Shown here in pieces: positions 32,854 to 45,485 of a stretch of 64,000 bases of DNA (positions are counted from its first letter, which is position 1; the number at the start of each line of letters is the position of its first letter). Origin of the DNA: the human T2T-CHM13v2.0 reference genome, Homo sapiens; the NCBI RefSeq assembly GCF_009914755.1, contig NC_060928.1; one strand, 5' to 3'. The notes under the pieces are model-generated. The model did not search any database, was not told the DNA's origin, and worked only from the letters and a program-made list of their open reading frames with translations. Position numbers and translations under genes: made by a program.

Positions 32854-33714
32854 ATCTAAATATTAATCAAGCATACTTTTATAAGCACCCTATACTAAAT
32901 GCTGCAATTATTATGAAACCTCCTGAGACTTCAGGGATTTTAAAAGACAAGTTGGTTAATAATTGCAAAGACTTGGAGACTAAATCTTGACTGTTTGGGG
33001 TAGATCTAGCTTTTTTGTAAACCCTCAAATAAGCTTTCCCAAGCTTTGAAGACCTAAGACAGGGGACTTGTGCAGGCTTCCCTCATGGGCTGGCGCCCTG
33101 TTGGCGATGTTGTACACAGGCAATGCCAGCCAGATGATTTTATCCTAATCAGGATTTGTATGGACATGACATTTTGTTTATTCTGTTGCCTTTTTGTTCT
33201 TCTGATTCATAAACAGCAATAGAGTGGAACAATTATCTCTTCTTTTTGCAGACACAGATGTGTAAATGCATGGAGCTTTATATGAATCCAGCAATGCCAA
33301 AACAATTCATATTATGCTTCATCTACTGCACTGTAGAATTTCAGACTGAAAAAGTGTGCAAAACACTGTAATCCTCTTTATTTATATCCAAAATGGGCTC
33401 AGGAGTGGCCCCCTGGCATTCTGCATAGGCACAAAATTTCAACACTCATGCTACAGTCACAGAAAATGCTATTCCTAAAACCAGATTACAATTTTTTAAT
33501 TTAACCTCAGTAGATTAGGTCCCTTCAGATAGTAAAATTTAAATGAATAAGTTTGATCCAAGAAACTTCATTTCTTATATTTCCAGTTTTTCATCCTCTG
33601 AAGCTAGGAAGAAGGGCAACATTTTGAACACTTAATTTGTATAGTTAAAAATACCAAATATAAGGGCTACACGATGCAATCTAGTGGAGATGCATTTAAA
33701 CCTATCATCTAAGG

Positions 33715-34236
33715 CAAGGAACAGCAAACTTTCTGCAAAGGGCCAGGTATAAATATGTTAAGCCTTGCAGGCCATACGATGTCTTTCCCAATAACTTAAC
33801 ACTGCTGTTAGAGCATGAAAATAATCATAGACACTATGTAAGTGAATGAGTATGACTGTGCTCCTATGTAACTTTATTTATGGATCTGAAATTAAAATTT
33901 CACATAATTTTCATGTGTTGCAAAATATTATTCTTCATTTGATTTTTTTCCAACTTTAACTTTATTTCCCCCTTTTTAAATACCTTTATCCAATCTGTCA
34001 GCAATTCCTATCAACTTTCCCTCTAGGGTATGTCCTAAATATGACTGTGCTCCTGTGTAACTTTATTTATGGATCTGAAATTAAAATTTCACATAGTTTT
34101 CACGTGTTGCAAAATATTATTCTTCATTTGATTTTTTTCCACCATTTTAAAAATAGAAAAAATAATTCTTAGCTCATGGCCACAAAAACAGGCAATATGT
34201 TGAATTTAGCCCTCAGGTCATAGTTTAGCGACCCCT
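33715..34236. mobile_element. MER58B carrying an internal duplication and a foreign insert
   Basis: gcaaactttctgcaaagggccag start; aactttatttatgga; catagtttagcgacccct end. Confidence 0.85.
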
Positions 34237-35099
34237 TCCCTAATGGACATGACTATATAAGAACAATATAAAACATAACACCAATCAGAAGGAAGATGAT
34301 TATAAGAAAGACAGGAAACTACTTCAAATTTTCATCTTTAACCTAAAGACATCTTAAAGAAATTATTCTAATTTAATAATGAAAATAATTTGAGATTAAT
34401 AAAAAATAAATGCTATTATAATAAATATGCTATAATGCAGCTAAATTGAATTGAAATTTTAAAAGAAGGCTCAACATCTATAGCAGCATTCAATTTTTTG
34501 ATGGGAATTATAGTGACTTTGAAGAATAGTCTTAGGGAAATTTTATCAGGAATAGTCTCCACAAATTTCAAAGTCTGTCCTTCGTATTTTCTTTATATAC
34601 TGGGTTTACATGAATTTGGCTTATGGAACATCTATTTTAATTAAATATAAGTAGAAAATTTACTCCTAAACCCATTTACTTAAGGTAATATTATTTATTA
34701 TCAGGCATAGGAGGTATTTCAATGAAGAGGTATAGTCTACCTAAATCAGTTGCATATACCTTAAAATATAAAAACTCTCTGCAAGTTCAATAAATGAGTC
34801 CTGAATGATGGAATATGGCCTTTCTCCTCTTACAAAAAATCCTGAATGTACATCTCAAAGAAAATCATTTGAATGCGTACCCTTTTGATCTGAATGGACT
34901 TGCCTTAATAGGAACCATTAAAATAAGTGAGATTAGGTTTTCCCTTCATAGAAAACCATCTAATCTCTTCTTCTAAATGAATATCCCTCTTGCTCCTTCC
35001 CTTGGCTGAATCTTGAAAGTAGTAGTTAGTGAAACCCAATATTACCTAATTCCAAAGTTTGTGATCCCCACAATTCTATTTGAGATTGTTAATTCATGT

Positions 35100-35360
35100 T
35101 TCATCCTGCTGCTCTTCTGCCTAAAATGCCCTTCTCATATTCAAGAATAACTCAAATATAACCTCCTCTAAGAAATTTTTTAGGCCCTCCACCTCCACAT
35201 TCTTCCACTACAGAGATATCGATCATAGTATACAATTTTGTGCACTTACTGGTTTATGTATTCCAGCTCCCTATATTGTGCTGTAAGCTCTTTGAAGGCA
35301 GAAGTTTTTGTACCTCAGCATCTAATGCTGAGTGTAGATTTAGAGTAGATGTTAAATATT
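35100..35360 (+). mobile_element. L2 3' fragment
   Basis: tctgcctaaaatgccctt, ctcaaatataacctcctct, ctgtaagctctttgaaggcag. Confidence 0.65.
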
Positions 35361-36004
35361 TAGGGTGTTCTTGATAATTTAAAGGCAATCAGGAGGTTCA
35401 CTCTTACTGTCTCTTTCTTGTTTCATCTTAGAGATCCACAAGAAGGTAGGTGTCTTCACTGAAACTCTGCACTGCCTAAAGAGCTCCTTCTCTGCTGGAG
35501 CCCAGGAGATGGCATAAAGCACATTCCCCTTTCCCTAAAGCCACAGGCAGCTCCAGAATGCCTGCACTGAAGGAGGTTAAAAGTGGAAATATGACAAGAA
35601 AGTAAGAGTAGAAAGGGGACTTAAGGTTGTGTTTTAAAAGTCATATTTGCAGACCAGGAACGTTATTTTTATTGTGTGCTTATTCGGAGTGGCACATAGG
35701 GGTTTTCAGAGATAATAAGGAGATGGGCTAAAGCATCTCCTGCCAGCTCTGTATACCACTCACTGCTCTTGCTTCTCTGTCTTGTTTAAGCCTATCAGTA
35801 TAACATTGTGGGCTGCAAAATACAAACATCTTGTCCTCTATGGCAGGTGAAATCTCAGAAGGACATAAAAGCATAGGAGAAACAAAATTTCTAGTTAATT
35901 TGGATTTTCCCTTGCACTGCACCAGGAAGTCTGACAAATTACAGTCAAAGAGGAACTTTTTTTGCCTTTTCCCAACCAACTCTACACACCTACACCTATA
36001 CTTT

Positions 36005-36486
36005 TGATGGTTTTAAATTTTCTCCAAAAATTCTTTGAATTTCCTCTTTGAGAGGAAAATCTTCATTTCTCACTACTTGAACATGGGTTGTATTTTGACT
36101 TGCTTCTAACAAACATAATATGGTGGAAGTTACAGTGAGTCATTTTGGACTTGGTTATAGAAAACACTTTGGCCTTCTTTTTGCCCTTTCTTGGACAAGC
36201 TACACTTGGAAATATTCAAGTAATACTATGGAGAGGTTCATATGGCAAGGAACTAATAATTTCTATTAACACCCATGTGAATAAGATATCTTAAAAGCGG
36301 ATTCATCAGCCCAAGTCAAGCCTTCAGATGATAGTAGCCCTGGCCATGAGCTTGACTGCAGCCTCACGAAAGACCATGAGAGAACTATCTAAAATACTGA
36401 CCAGCAAAAGTGTGAGATAATAAATGTTTGCCGTTTTAATCTAAGTTTTGTGATAACTTGATATAGAGTAACAGAAGATTAATACA
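36005..36486 (+). mobile_element. MaLR LTR (MLT1F-like)
   Basis: tgacttgcttctaac, gcccaagtcaagccttcagatga, gtgagataataaatgttt, ends taataca. Confidence 0.8.
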
Positions 36487-36715
36487 GTACTTATATTTTC
36501 TAAATCTCCTATACAATGCTGAAAAATCGGCAGCATTAGAGTGAGAAAAGATAGTCTGCGAATAGTAACATTTAATCTAACAGATCAGTAACTGAGTTTG
36601 TACTTAGTTCCTGGATAATTACTTGGCAATAAAGTCACATAGGTGAATTGAGACTTCTCCTTTTAGTTTCAGACCCTATCTGACTGTCTACATCCTATTT
36701 CTACTAGGATGCCTC

Positions 36716-37298
36716 TGGCAGATTCCTTTTGAAGATATTTCCCAAGGCAACAATTTTTTCCCATGATCCTTTGCCCTGTGACCGTGGTGCTCCTAACAAG
36801 AAGTAGAGTCTGTTTTTCTTTCCCTTGAATCTGGGCTGGTCTGACTTGCTTTGATGAATAGAGTATGGTAGAAATACAATTATCAGGCTCTTGTCATAAG
36901 AGGCCTGGCAGTCTCTGCTTTCATTTTCTTAGACTGTTAACCTGAGAGACTTCCACGTAAAAAGCCAGTCTAAGTGCCAGCCATCATTCTCCATGCTCCC
37001 CGAACAAGATAATGTCCTGCACTCATGTCCCTTCTCATGGTGAGAAAACAGTCTAACCTACTGGAGGATAAAATACCCAAAGAAAAAGCCAACAGTAGGT
37101 ACCGACTTTAAGATGTGTGAATGAAATAGTCTCGTATCTTCCAGACCATGAAATGTTGGCTGAATGCAGCAACATAAGTGAGGTCAAGTTAGACCAATGG
37201 AAGAATCATTCAACCAGCCCACAGAATTGTAAGAAATAATAAATTGTTTTAAGCCACTTTTTTGAAATGGCTGGTTACACAGTAAAAGACAACTGCTA
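36716..37298 (+). mobile_element. MaLR LTR (MLT1G/H-like)
   Basis: cccttgaatctgggctgg, tgacttgctttga, gcccacagaattgtaagaaataataaattgttttaagccact. Confidence 0.8.
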
Positions 37299-37943
37299 TA
37301 GAGTCTATAGGTATCTCAAACTTAACAAGCACCAAATTGAACTCTTTATTCCCCCACCCAGATATGATTATCATCCTGTATTTTTCCTCTCAATGCTACC
37401 CAACTGCTCAAGCTGAAAACCCTGGTATCAACTTTATTTCCCCCTTTTTAAATACCTTTATCTAATCTGTCAGCAATTCCTATCAACTTTTCCTCCAAGG
37501 TATGTCCTAAATATGTCATTTTTACCAATTTAGATTTTTTGACTACTATGATCCTCCAAAATATCACCAACTTTTGCATAAATTCACAAACTAGCCTTTC
37601 ATTCTCTCTACATTAGCCAATATGATCTTTTTAAAAAGATCATGGCACTTTCCTGCTTCATACCGTCTGATGGTTTCCTATCACGCATATTATAATCTTC
37701 AAATTATTTGCCGTAAGTTGGTTCCTACCAATCTCCCTAATTTCATCTTGTACTAAAAGTCTCCTTTTTTGAGTCCCAATGTGCAAGCTCTTTTGCCATA
37801 AGATGTTTTCACTTGCTAGTCTTCCTGCCTAAATTCCCTTGTTTTGGCTGTTCTTAGGCTGATTCTTCCAAGTTCTTCAGGTATCAGCTCAAATTTTCCT
37901 CAGAGATGTGATTCTTGACCACACAGTATAAGGAGTCCCTTAT

Positions 37944-38500
37944 TGTGGCCAGAATCAATTGCAAAAAGCAAAAATTACTCTTGCTATATTAAAAGAAAAG
38001 CCATTAGGTACTTACCAAATTATTGGAATGACTGGGTAGGAGGTTCCATGTTAGGCTTCCAAAATGATTATAAAAACATCTACCAGCAGACTATTATTTT
38101 TGCTACATTTTGGAAACTGGGTTATCAGAAAGCACACTCCAAACTTCTGGCTTCAGAATCACACTATCTTAGCCATACACCCAAAAACCAGAAAGTGAAT
38201 ACTGCAGTTGTTACCTGCAGGAATATACCTGACATAATGTTGACTCAAGAGCTACTCAGCACTTGACAGATCCTTAGTAGCAAAATTTGTTGCCTCATGG
38301 TGACTGTCTCATGCTTAATTCATGTCTGAATTCAAGTCTTTTGTAAGTACAAAGATTGGTAGAACCTATATTACATCCAGAACTCTACTTCAAGGGAGTC
38401 TAAAAATAAAAATTTTATTTTATTTTGTCTTTGCAGCTAGAAGGAACAGTGGAAGGAGGTTGGAATAGATGTTGTGTGAACCACTTAGCCAAGTCTGCAA
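37944..38500 (-). mobile_element. Old MaLR LTR (MLT1M/N-like)
   Basis: tgtggccagaatcaattgcaaaaagc start; gattggtagaacctatattacatccagaactcta. Confidence 0.5.
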
Positions 38501-39310
38501 TTCTCTCCCACCACACTCCTGCTATCTCCTAATGCTCCCTATTAATCCTCCATAAAATGTATTACTGTTTGAAATCACACATGCACACACACATGCCTAT
38601 GTGGGTATGTGTAAAATTTTCCATTTTGTTTTCATTATATTGTGAAAAAAAAACCTGCCCATGTGTGCAAGGACATTATCTTGTTTCTAGCAGCACTTAG
38701 AATGATGGCTGGCACATGGTAACTCTTCGATGAATATTTGTAGAATGAAGGAATTCTAACCAAATAAATAAACAATAGTCTTTTTTTTTTAACAAAAAAC
38801 AGTCATTTTATGATGCAGACGTTCTGAGGGATGATGTTACTATCAATGCTACGACCCTTTCTGACCTGACTCTCTAGCCATCAGGTTTAGCTCTGTTTAC
38901 AAGCATTCCTTCTTACAGTCTCTTAATTTACACCCCACTAGCACCTCCATCCCTTGCCCTCTTAAGAAGGTTACTTCACCCCTTGGTGAAAGTTTTCTAC
39001 AGTAATATCCCATGTGTTAGCAGAATAAGAACTGTTGTTCACCTGCATTCAATGTTAAAATTATATATGAGAGAAAACTAATGGTGGTAGGTATTGGCTC
39101 CAGTTCATGAGCAAAAATAAACAAAGGACTCCTATTTGTGCTTCAGTGTCCCCACTAATAAGGAGTGTGAACATCCTTGATCCTTATAGAGACTCATTTT
39201 GTAATCTTTTAAAGATAAGCATTACTTACCATTTAGTCAACAATATATTGAAGAAAGAATATTTCTCTAATTTGCATAATTCTGGCCCTTCCCAATAGAT
39301 TTCACAATTT

Positions 39311-39383
39311 CTTATAAGCTCTTATAAGCTCTGCATCTGTGGAGAGCTCTGTGTCTGTGGAGAGCTCTGTGTCTGTGGAGAGC
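39311..39383. repeat. Short compound tandem repeat: 10-bp x2 then 18-bp x3
   Basis: cttataagct twice, then agctctgtgtctgtggag three times (first copy has 2 mismatches). Confidence 0.9.
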
Positions 39384-40049
39384 CCAGTGGTATGGAGAGT
39401 CCTGTGAGGAGTATCAGGTTCTTTCTTCCTTTCTCTGGAAACTGGTGTCATCAACCAAGAACTACACTGACTTTTAATGTCTTCCTTCTTTGTTAGCCAG
39501 GGCATGATGATAGTTCTGATTGAATTATTTTGATGCATTCTGGTAAATTTATGGGGATAGGAGAAATTGGGGGCTGCCATTTCTTGCCAGAACACTACTA
39601 AGGGTGGTTAGAGGTAACTAGAGTTTGTTCTTTGTAGATTACTTTGAGCAGTAATAATACCACCATTATTTTTCTCTTGTATATAACTTTAACACTGAAA
39701 ACAGGTGAACATCAGGTTGGCCATTGGCTCTTCAGCCTGTAGGACCTTGGTCATTTGAGAAGCATCAAGGAAAGTAAAAGATGATGACCATCTCTTCGTC
39801 TTCATCTAACTTCAATTAGGTAAATGGGTTAGTTACTCACTGGGTATCATCTTGTCTACCCTAATTACAGGCCAATTTCATCTTAACATATTAGATAAAA
39901 TATGTTCTCTCTTCCCTCTGTTTAATGTTTAATGCAACATTATTCCATGCTCCATGAACCTAATATATGAGTGTAAGCCATGGAAAAAGAATCAGAAGTA
40001 CAGTAATCAGGTGGCCTGCTGAAGAGAAATATGAGGAGCTAAAGTTTTA

Positions 40050-40277
<228 letters not shown>

Positions 40278-40375
40278 TTATGGCTAATATTACTTTGCAA
40301 ATAAGTTCAGATGAGAATAGATCTATGATATGGGATGGGGAAAAAAAGAATCAAGATGAAAAACTCACCTTTCTA

Positions 40376-40467
40376 TGATTTTTACCTGGCATATTAACTA
40401 TAATTAATAATTTGTGTCCTGCTTTTTAAACTTAATATATAATATAATTTGCTTATTTAAAAAAAAA
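40376..40467 (+). mobile_element. Orphan retrotransposed fragment (92 bp including an A9 tail)
   Basis: Perfect 18-bp direct repeats gaaaaactcacctttcta at 40358-40375 and 40468-40485. Confidence 0.75.
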
Positions 40468-41345
40468 GAAAAACTCACCTTTCTAATTGGAATATGATGC
40501 AAAGATGAGGATGATCATCTATTCTGAGAGATGGAGTGAAAGAAAGTTATAATAGATCCAACACGTACACCTTAAAGAAAGAAAAAAAAAGATTACTTGT
40601 GATTTCTAAAAAAGTTGAGAATGTTTATTACTCTTGGCAAAAGTGGAGCTGTAGCCCAGATGTACTAATTTCAACTTCATGTGAAAATAAGTTGAATGCA
40701 TTAAAATGGTTCATATCTCATGGTGCCATTTTGCTTTTCGTGGACCAGTCCTAGGTCTAACTGTTTGAAATATGGCAAAGGAACTATAACTGCACCAAGA
40801 GAAGTCAAGGTCTGCAGTGCCAGCTCTACTCTAAAGCAGTCAGAGAGAACTACAGGAATGAGGACTTCCAAGACTTAGGCTTTGGTCAAAGTGGGTAGAT
40901 GTTAAAATAAATGTTGATCTTTGGGGTTAAAAGGAAACTCGGGAGCTTACTATACAAAACCAGGAAGAGTCCTTGAAGCTTGTAACCTCCTTTTCAGAGT
41001 CTAGAAGTCACACATATGAGGCTTTAAGTTTACTTTAAAGTCTTCAGCCTGTGGTGGACAATAATGTGGTTTCTGTTTTTGCTTGCTAGATTGCCTGTCT
41101 GTGTTTATTTGCGGGTTGCAGCTAACTGATCACACACCGTATCTGTTCCATTGCGGTAGACCAGTGCTATTTGCTTTGTTATTTTCCTGGGGGTTGTTTG
41201 TAAAGTGTTTCCAGACGTCAAACAACTGGGCTATTCCAAGCGCTCTTGTTTTCTAAGCATTTAATCCACCTCTTCCAGTGACTTAGGTTGAAACTTTGAA
41301 CTGTTGATTTAGGTGGCTAAAGTAATTAGATGGATAATGGGTGGA

Positions 41346-41350
41346 GAGAT

Positions 41351-41395
<45 letters not shown>
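41346..41395. repeat. (AGAT)n tetranucleotide STR
   Basis: About 10 uninterrupted units preceded by a variant unit. Confidence 0.97.
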
Positions 41396-42275
41396 ATTTC
41401 TTTAAAAATAATTTCTGTTTAAGGAAATCTTGAGAATTACTTTGAGGGTTGTACATTAGGTTAGAGGGAGAAAAAAATAGATAAATAGTGCAAAATAACA
41501 TAAAAGGGAGAGAGAAAGAGACAGAGACCAACAAACAGAGTGAAAGTCAGTTCAAGTGGGTGACTATAACCTCTGGCAAGAGATCAGAGAAACAAGTTCA
41601 ACCCAAAGTCAATTTAATTTTATTGGACCACACTGTCTCAGGCAATTAGAAAAATATTTGTAAAACATCAGATGAGAAAAAGGAGTGTGGAGCCCAATAA
41701 TGCCAAACAATGTTTATAAGAAAGAAATCATGAAGTGGGAAGAGTAAACACAATTATTCTATCAGCACCTCCTGTTCTTCTAAAGATTACTTAACTTACA
41801 TTTAGAGAATTCTGAACAAACAACCAAAATAGTTTCTTGCTAACATACTCCTACCTCCAAAGTAGTTAGTTTTAAGAATTAAAAAAAAACCGAGAAATTT
41901 TCAATTTTGAGGAATTAGAAATAAATGAAATTATCAATTATTTTTAGGCCGTCTGATAATAGCAAGCCAAAAAGAAAATAAAAAATGTCTTTATGGTTCC
42001 CATTTGCCCTTTACTTTTCACTTTGAGTGAAAAACTACTTGATAATGGACACAAGTGATAGCCCCAAAGTTGAGGCTATAATTACAGGCTTATTTAGAGA
42101 AGAGAATGCACTTCAACTCTTTATCCAGCCGCATGAACTTTCAAGGTTCTTCATAGTGCATGTAAATTTAATTCAACTCAGTGGTATTGGACAGGTTAGC
42201 TTGTTTCACCAATTTTTACAGCTTATGAAGCTGACAAACATGAAGCCCTGAAATCAGTTTCATCTTGTAGCTCAT

Positions 42276-42339
42276 ACACCACCACCACCACACACATACA
42301 CACACACACACACACACATACACACACACACACACACAC
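42276..42339. repeat. (CA)n microsatellite preceded by (CAC)n
   Basis: Directly visible. Confidence 0.97.
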
Positions 42340-43827
42340 GAAATATTCATGGTCTTTCATGATGTGTCCAATTAACAGTGGTTCTGCATGTAATATTTTC
42401 CTCCTCCTAATTCCTCTTTTCAAACCAGGCCCCAGTCTCTTTAGAGATCTGTCCTTGTCACTCCCTATCCTTTATCTATTCCCTCCTAATCACCAAATGC
42501 TGTACCTGGTATTGGAAAAATACCGGTCATACAGTTTTCTCCTCAGATCACAATGAAATATACTATCTATGCGAAAACAAAATGAGACTGAAGGTTGTGT
42601 TTCATTTCTACCATGGATGTTCCAATTAATGATCACTAAATATGTCAACCCTCAAATAAGTTCTGCTTCTCTGGAAAACCAATATGCATCAAAATCAATG
42701 CCAGATCCTCCTTATTTAAAAAACAGACTATAATGAAATGCACATATATATTTTTATATATGGTGATTTTTCAAAAATTATTAGGTTATAAAAATTCAGA
42801 TATCTAAGATTTCTAATACTAATTCTATTCTTCAACATTTCTAGTCTGGAACTTCATTTGTGATCATTATTCCTTGAAATCCAATGAGCCTCTTGAATTT
42901 TAAAAATGTTTTTAAAGGGGAAAGAACCATAATAAACTATTACAAGTTTACTGTGATGACATACAATTAGTAGAAAAATTTGAGGATGGCTACATACCTA
43001 GAGTGAGAAAATACTGTACAATCAGAAATACCAACTAAAGAGTAAGCTGACATCCATGTATATCTGTGTGTGTATATCCATGAGTCTGCTTGTGTTGGGG
43101 GGAGTGTTTCCTTCTGTATCCTTCTGCTTTATGTAGTTTTAGAATGTGGAGTATTTATTATGCCCTCTAGTCAAGACCATGGAAGAGAGACATTTCCATG
43201 GTCCCCTGGTCACTTTTTAAGTACCATTATTGAGTCAGTGTTCTTGGAAGAGACTGATGTGGTAAAAACATTTCTGTTAATTTCCCCTGAAGAATGTCAC
43301 ATTGGGTAATGTTCTGTGGGTGGTCATGTAATGAGACACTGGTGTCTGTCTATGGCACATACTGTATATGAAAGGAGATATAGATAAAGGTAACTTAAAT
43401 TCCATCCCTCTCTTTGTTTATATGATGCTTATCACCATGCTATCTAGACACCCAGACTAGAAGCTTTATAACAAGTACATTTTCTACCTTCATTCAACTG
43501 CAATCCATGGACAATGGGTCTGGTCAGGCTCTTGAAGGGTTAATATTCACACATGCTTTTGGGTAGTCAGAGATGAAAATGGACTGACCCTAGCAGCAAA
43601 AACTTCCTCATTTTCAATAATGTAAGCAACTGCTTTAGTGGGATACCACTGAAAATGAATCTTCTATGTTATATTCTAAGTGCATTTGCAAGCATGTAGC
43701 TATTTAAACCGTTTTTACCTAACCTAGTGACTTTTAAAAATATATAGCTATTCACAGTCCTAGTTTATTTTGAAGATGAACAGCATGAAAAATTTCAAAG
43801 GAGTTATTTTCCTGTAGAAGAGAGCAA

Positions 43828-44025
43828 GTGTTATAGCAACTCTGTATGTCTGTGTGTGTGTTATAGCAACTCTGTATGTCTATGTGTGTGTGTGTATATA
43901 TATATGTATATGTACTTTTTAACTTTTTAACATAAAAGTACTAAAATACATATATATGTATTTTAGTACTTTTATGTTAAAAGTTATATATATATATATA
44001 AAATACTAACATAAAAGTACTAAAA
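43828..44025. repeat. Compound TG/TA repeat with a 30-bp-period duplication and a 58-bp perfect palindrome
   Basis: Base pairing checked by hand for 43925-43982. Confidence 0.9.
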
Positions 44026-45326
44026 ATGCTCTATTCCTTTTTATGTAAATATAATTTTTAATAACACTAACCCCTAGATATTATCCTCTCTGTCACATCA
44101 TGGAATTGACACAATACAGCGTGTTGTTAAGAGCAAACATTACTAAGTCCAATTGGACTTTTTACAAAGTCAAATTATAACAATAATGAGACTCTTAGAA
44201 CACCTGTATTTTCTTTTGGAGAGTCTTTCACTTCCTTCCTCTTTCTAGCCTCTAACTTCCTTTGTTTTCTTTTAGTCTTGAACTATAACTGGGAAATTCT
44301 GGAATGTAGATTTATTCTCCTTGACCTCAGCTGTGATTAACCCACCCGAAACAAAGATCAACTTCTGGCAAATACTAGTTCCCTTTCCCTTATATTAATA
44401 ATGCAAATTCACCTAGTTGTTTGCAGTATCTGGTTTAGGTGTAGTTGAAAAAGAAAATCCAGAGAGCAAAGATGCAAGAATTATCTGTGATTCATCTAAC
44501 AAACACATATTGGATATTACTTATGTACAGGTACTGGTAGGCCGTCTATTTGATTAATGAATATTAATTATACTGCATTTGAAACTCTGAAATGCAAATG
44601 AGATTGAAGAGGATGATGAATGGCTTACAGTCCACATTTGTAAGCCCTGTTTTTGTTCTACCACCATATGGTATAGAAACAAAATTATTATTCTCTTTGG
44701 GTGGGAGGAGATACTAGTGTAGATTAATCAAATACACTGGCAGCTAAGATGAATGAAACTCAGTTAATACTAAAACCTCATTGGAACCATTAGTTCTGAA
44801 CTCTTTATCAAAACTTTTACCAGGGCTGCTAACAATTAACAAAATTGATGAATCTGAGTTGCAGTCTTATGCCTTTCTTCTACCAGCCATTTGTCAATCA
44901 ATAGCTTTTATTGAGAATTCACCATATACAGGACAATGTGGAGGCTTGGAGCCTCCAAATCCCATTGAGGGAAAATAATTTAAATAAGTGTTAATAGACT
45001 TAGTGAGACAAAGTTGTCACTTTTAGCTCAATGTCACTATTAGTTCAATGGTTAAAAGACAAATTTCTTTTACAACAGGCCTTCTCAGGGTCTCTAATCT
45101 TCTAGCACATTGTTAATATTGAAGAGGAGGATTTAATATTCAGCATTTCCTTTTATTATTCTTTGTTGTCCAGATACTAATTAATATTTCCTAGAAATCA
45201 TGTTCCACAAATCTCAATAAATAGGAGCTGTGGTCTTTGCTTTCTGAGATGTTAATATCACTATTGTAGAGGTTATTAGAACCATAGAGTTGTTGTAGAA
45301 TAAAAAATCATAGGGATTACTTAACC

Positions 45327-45485
45327 CAGAGTTCCCAATTCAAAGTGACTGTTAAGTTTTACTTTAATTCTCAAAGTCTGGCCCTCCTTCAGGCTTACTG
45401 AGTTAGAATTTGGGAGGATTAAACCAAAACTCTCAAGGTCCTGCATTAATTTTGATGATGGATGGGCCAAGTGTGGGAAACACTG
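45327..45485. mobile_element. MER5-family MITE
   Basis: cagagttccca...tgggaaacactg terminal inverted repeats. Confidence 0.55.

Larger units (their letters stand above)
36645..38750 (+). mobile_element. L2 3' region split by two MLT1 insertions
   Basis: ggtatctcaaacttaac...tgaactc at about 37310; 3' end ctggcacatggtaactcttcgatgaatatttgtagaatgaa. Confidence 0.75.

Noticed and set aside
33675-33687. CTCF-like motif CCACTAGATTGCA (and TCACCAGAGGGTGG near 31389)
   Set aside because: Mismatches at core positions; expected by chance in 64 kb
33851-34141. Repeat-spacer-repeat layouts resembling CRISPR (here and at 40358-40485)
   Set aside because: Only two repeat copies, primate context, no cas genes; explained by duplication or TSD
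39302-39595. 97-aa minus-strand ORF with STDTEL repeats
   Set aside because: Repeats come from the 18-bp tandem unit; no recognisable homology and the start codon is not ATG
41346-41395. AGAT STR as a named forensic or linkage marker
   Set aside because: I do not recognise the flanks and cannot assign a name
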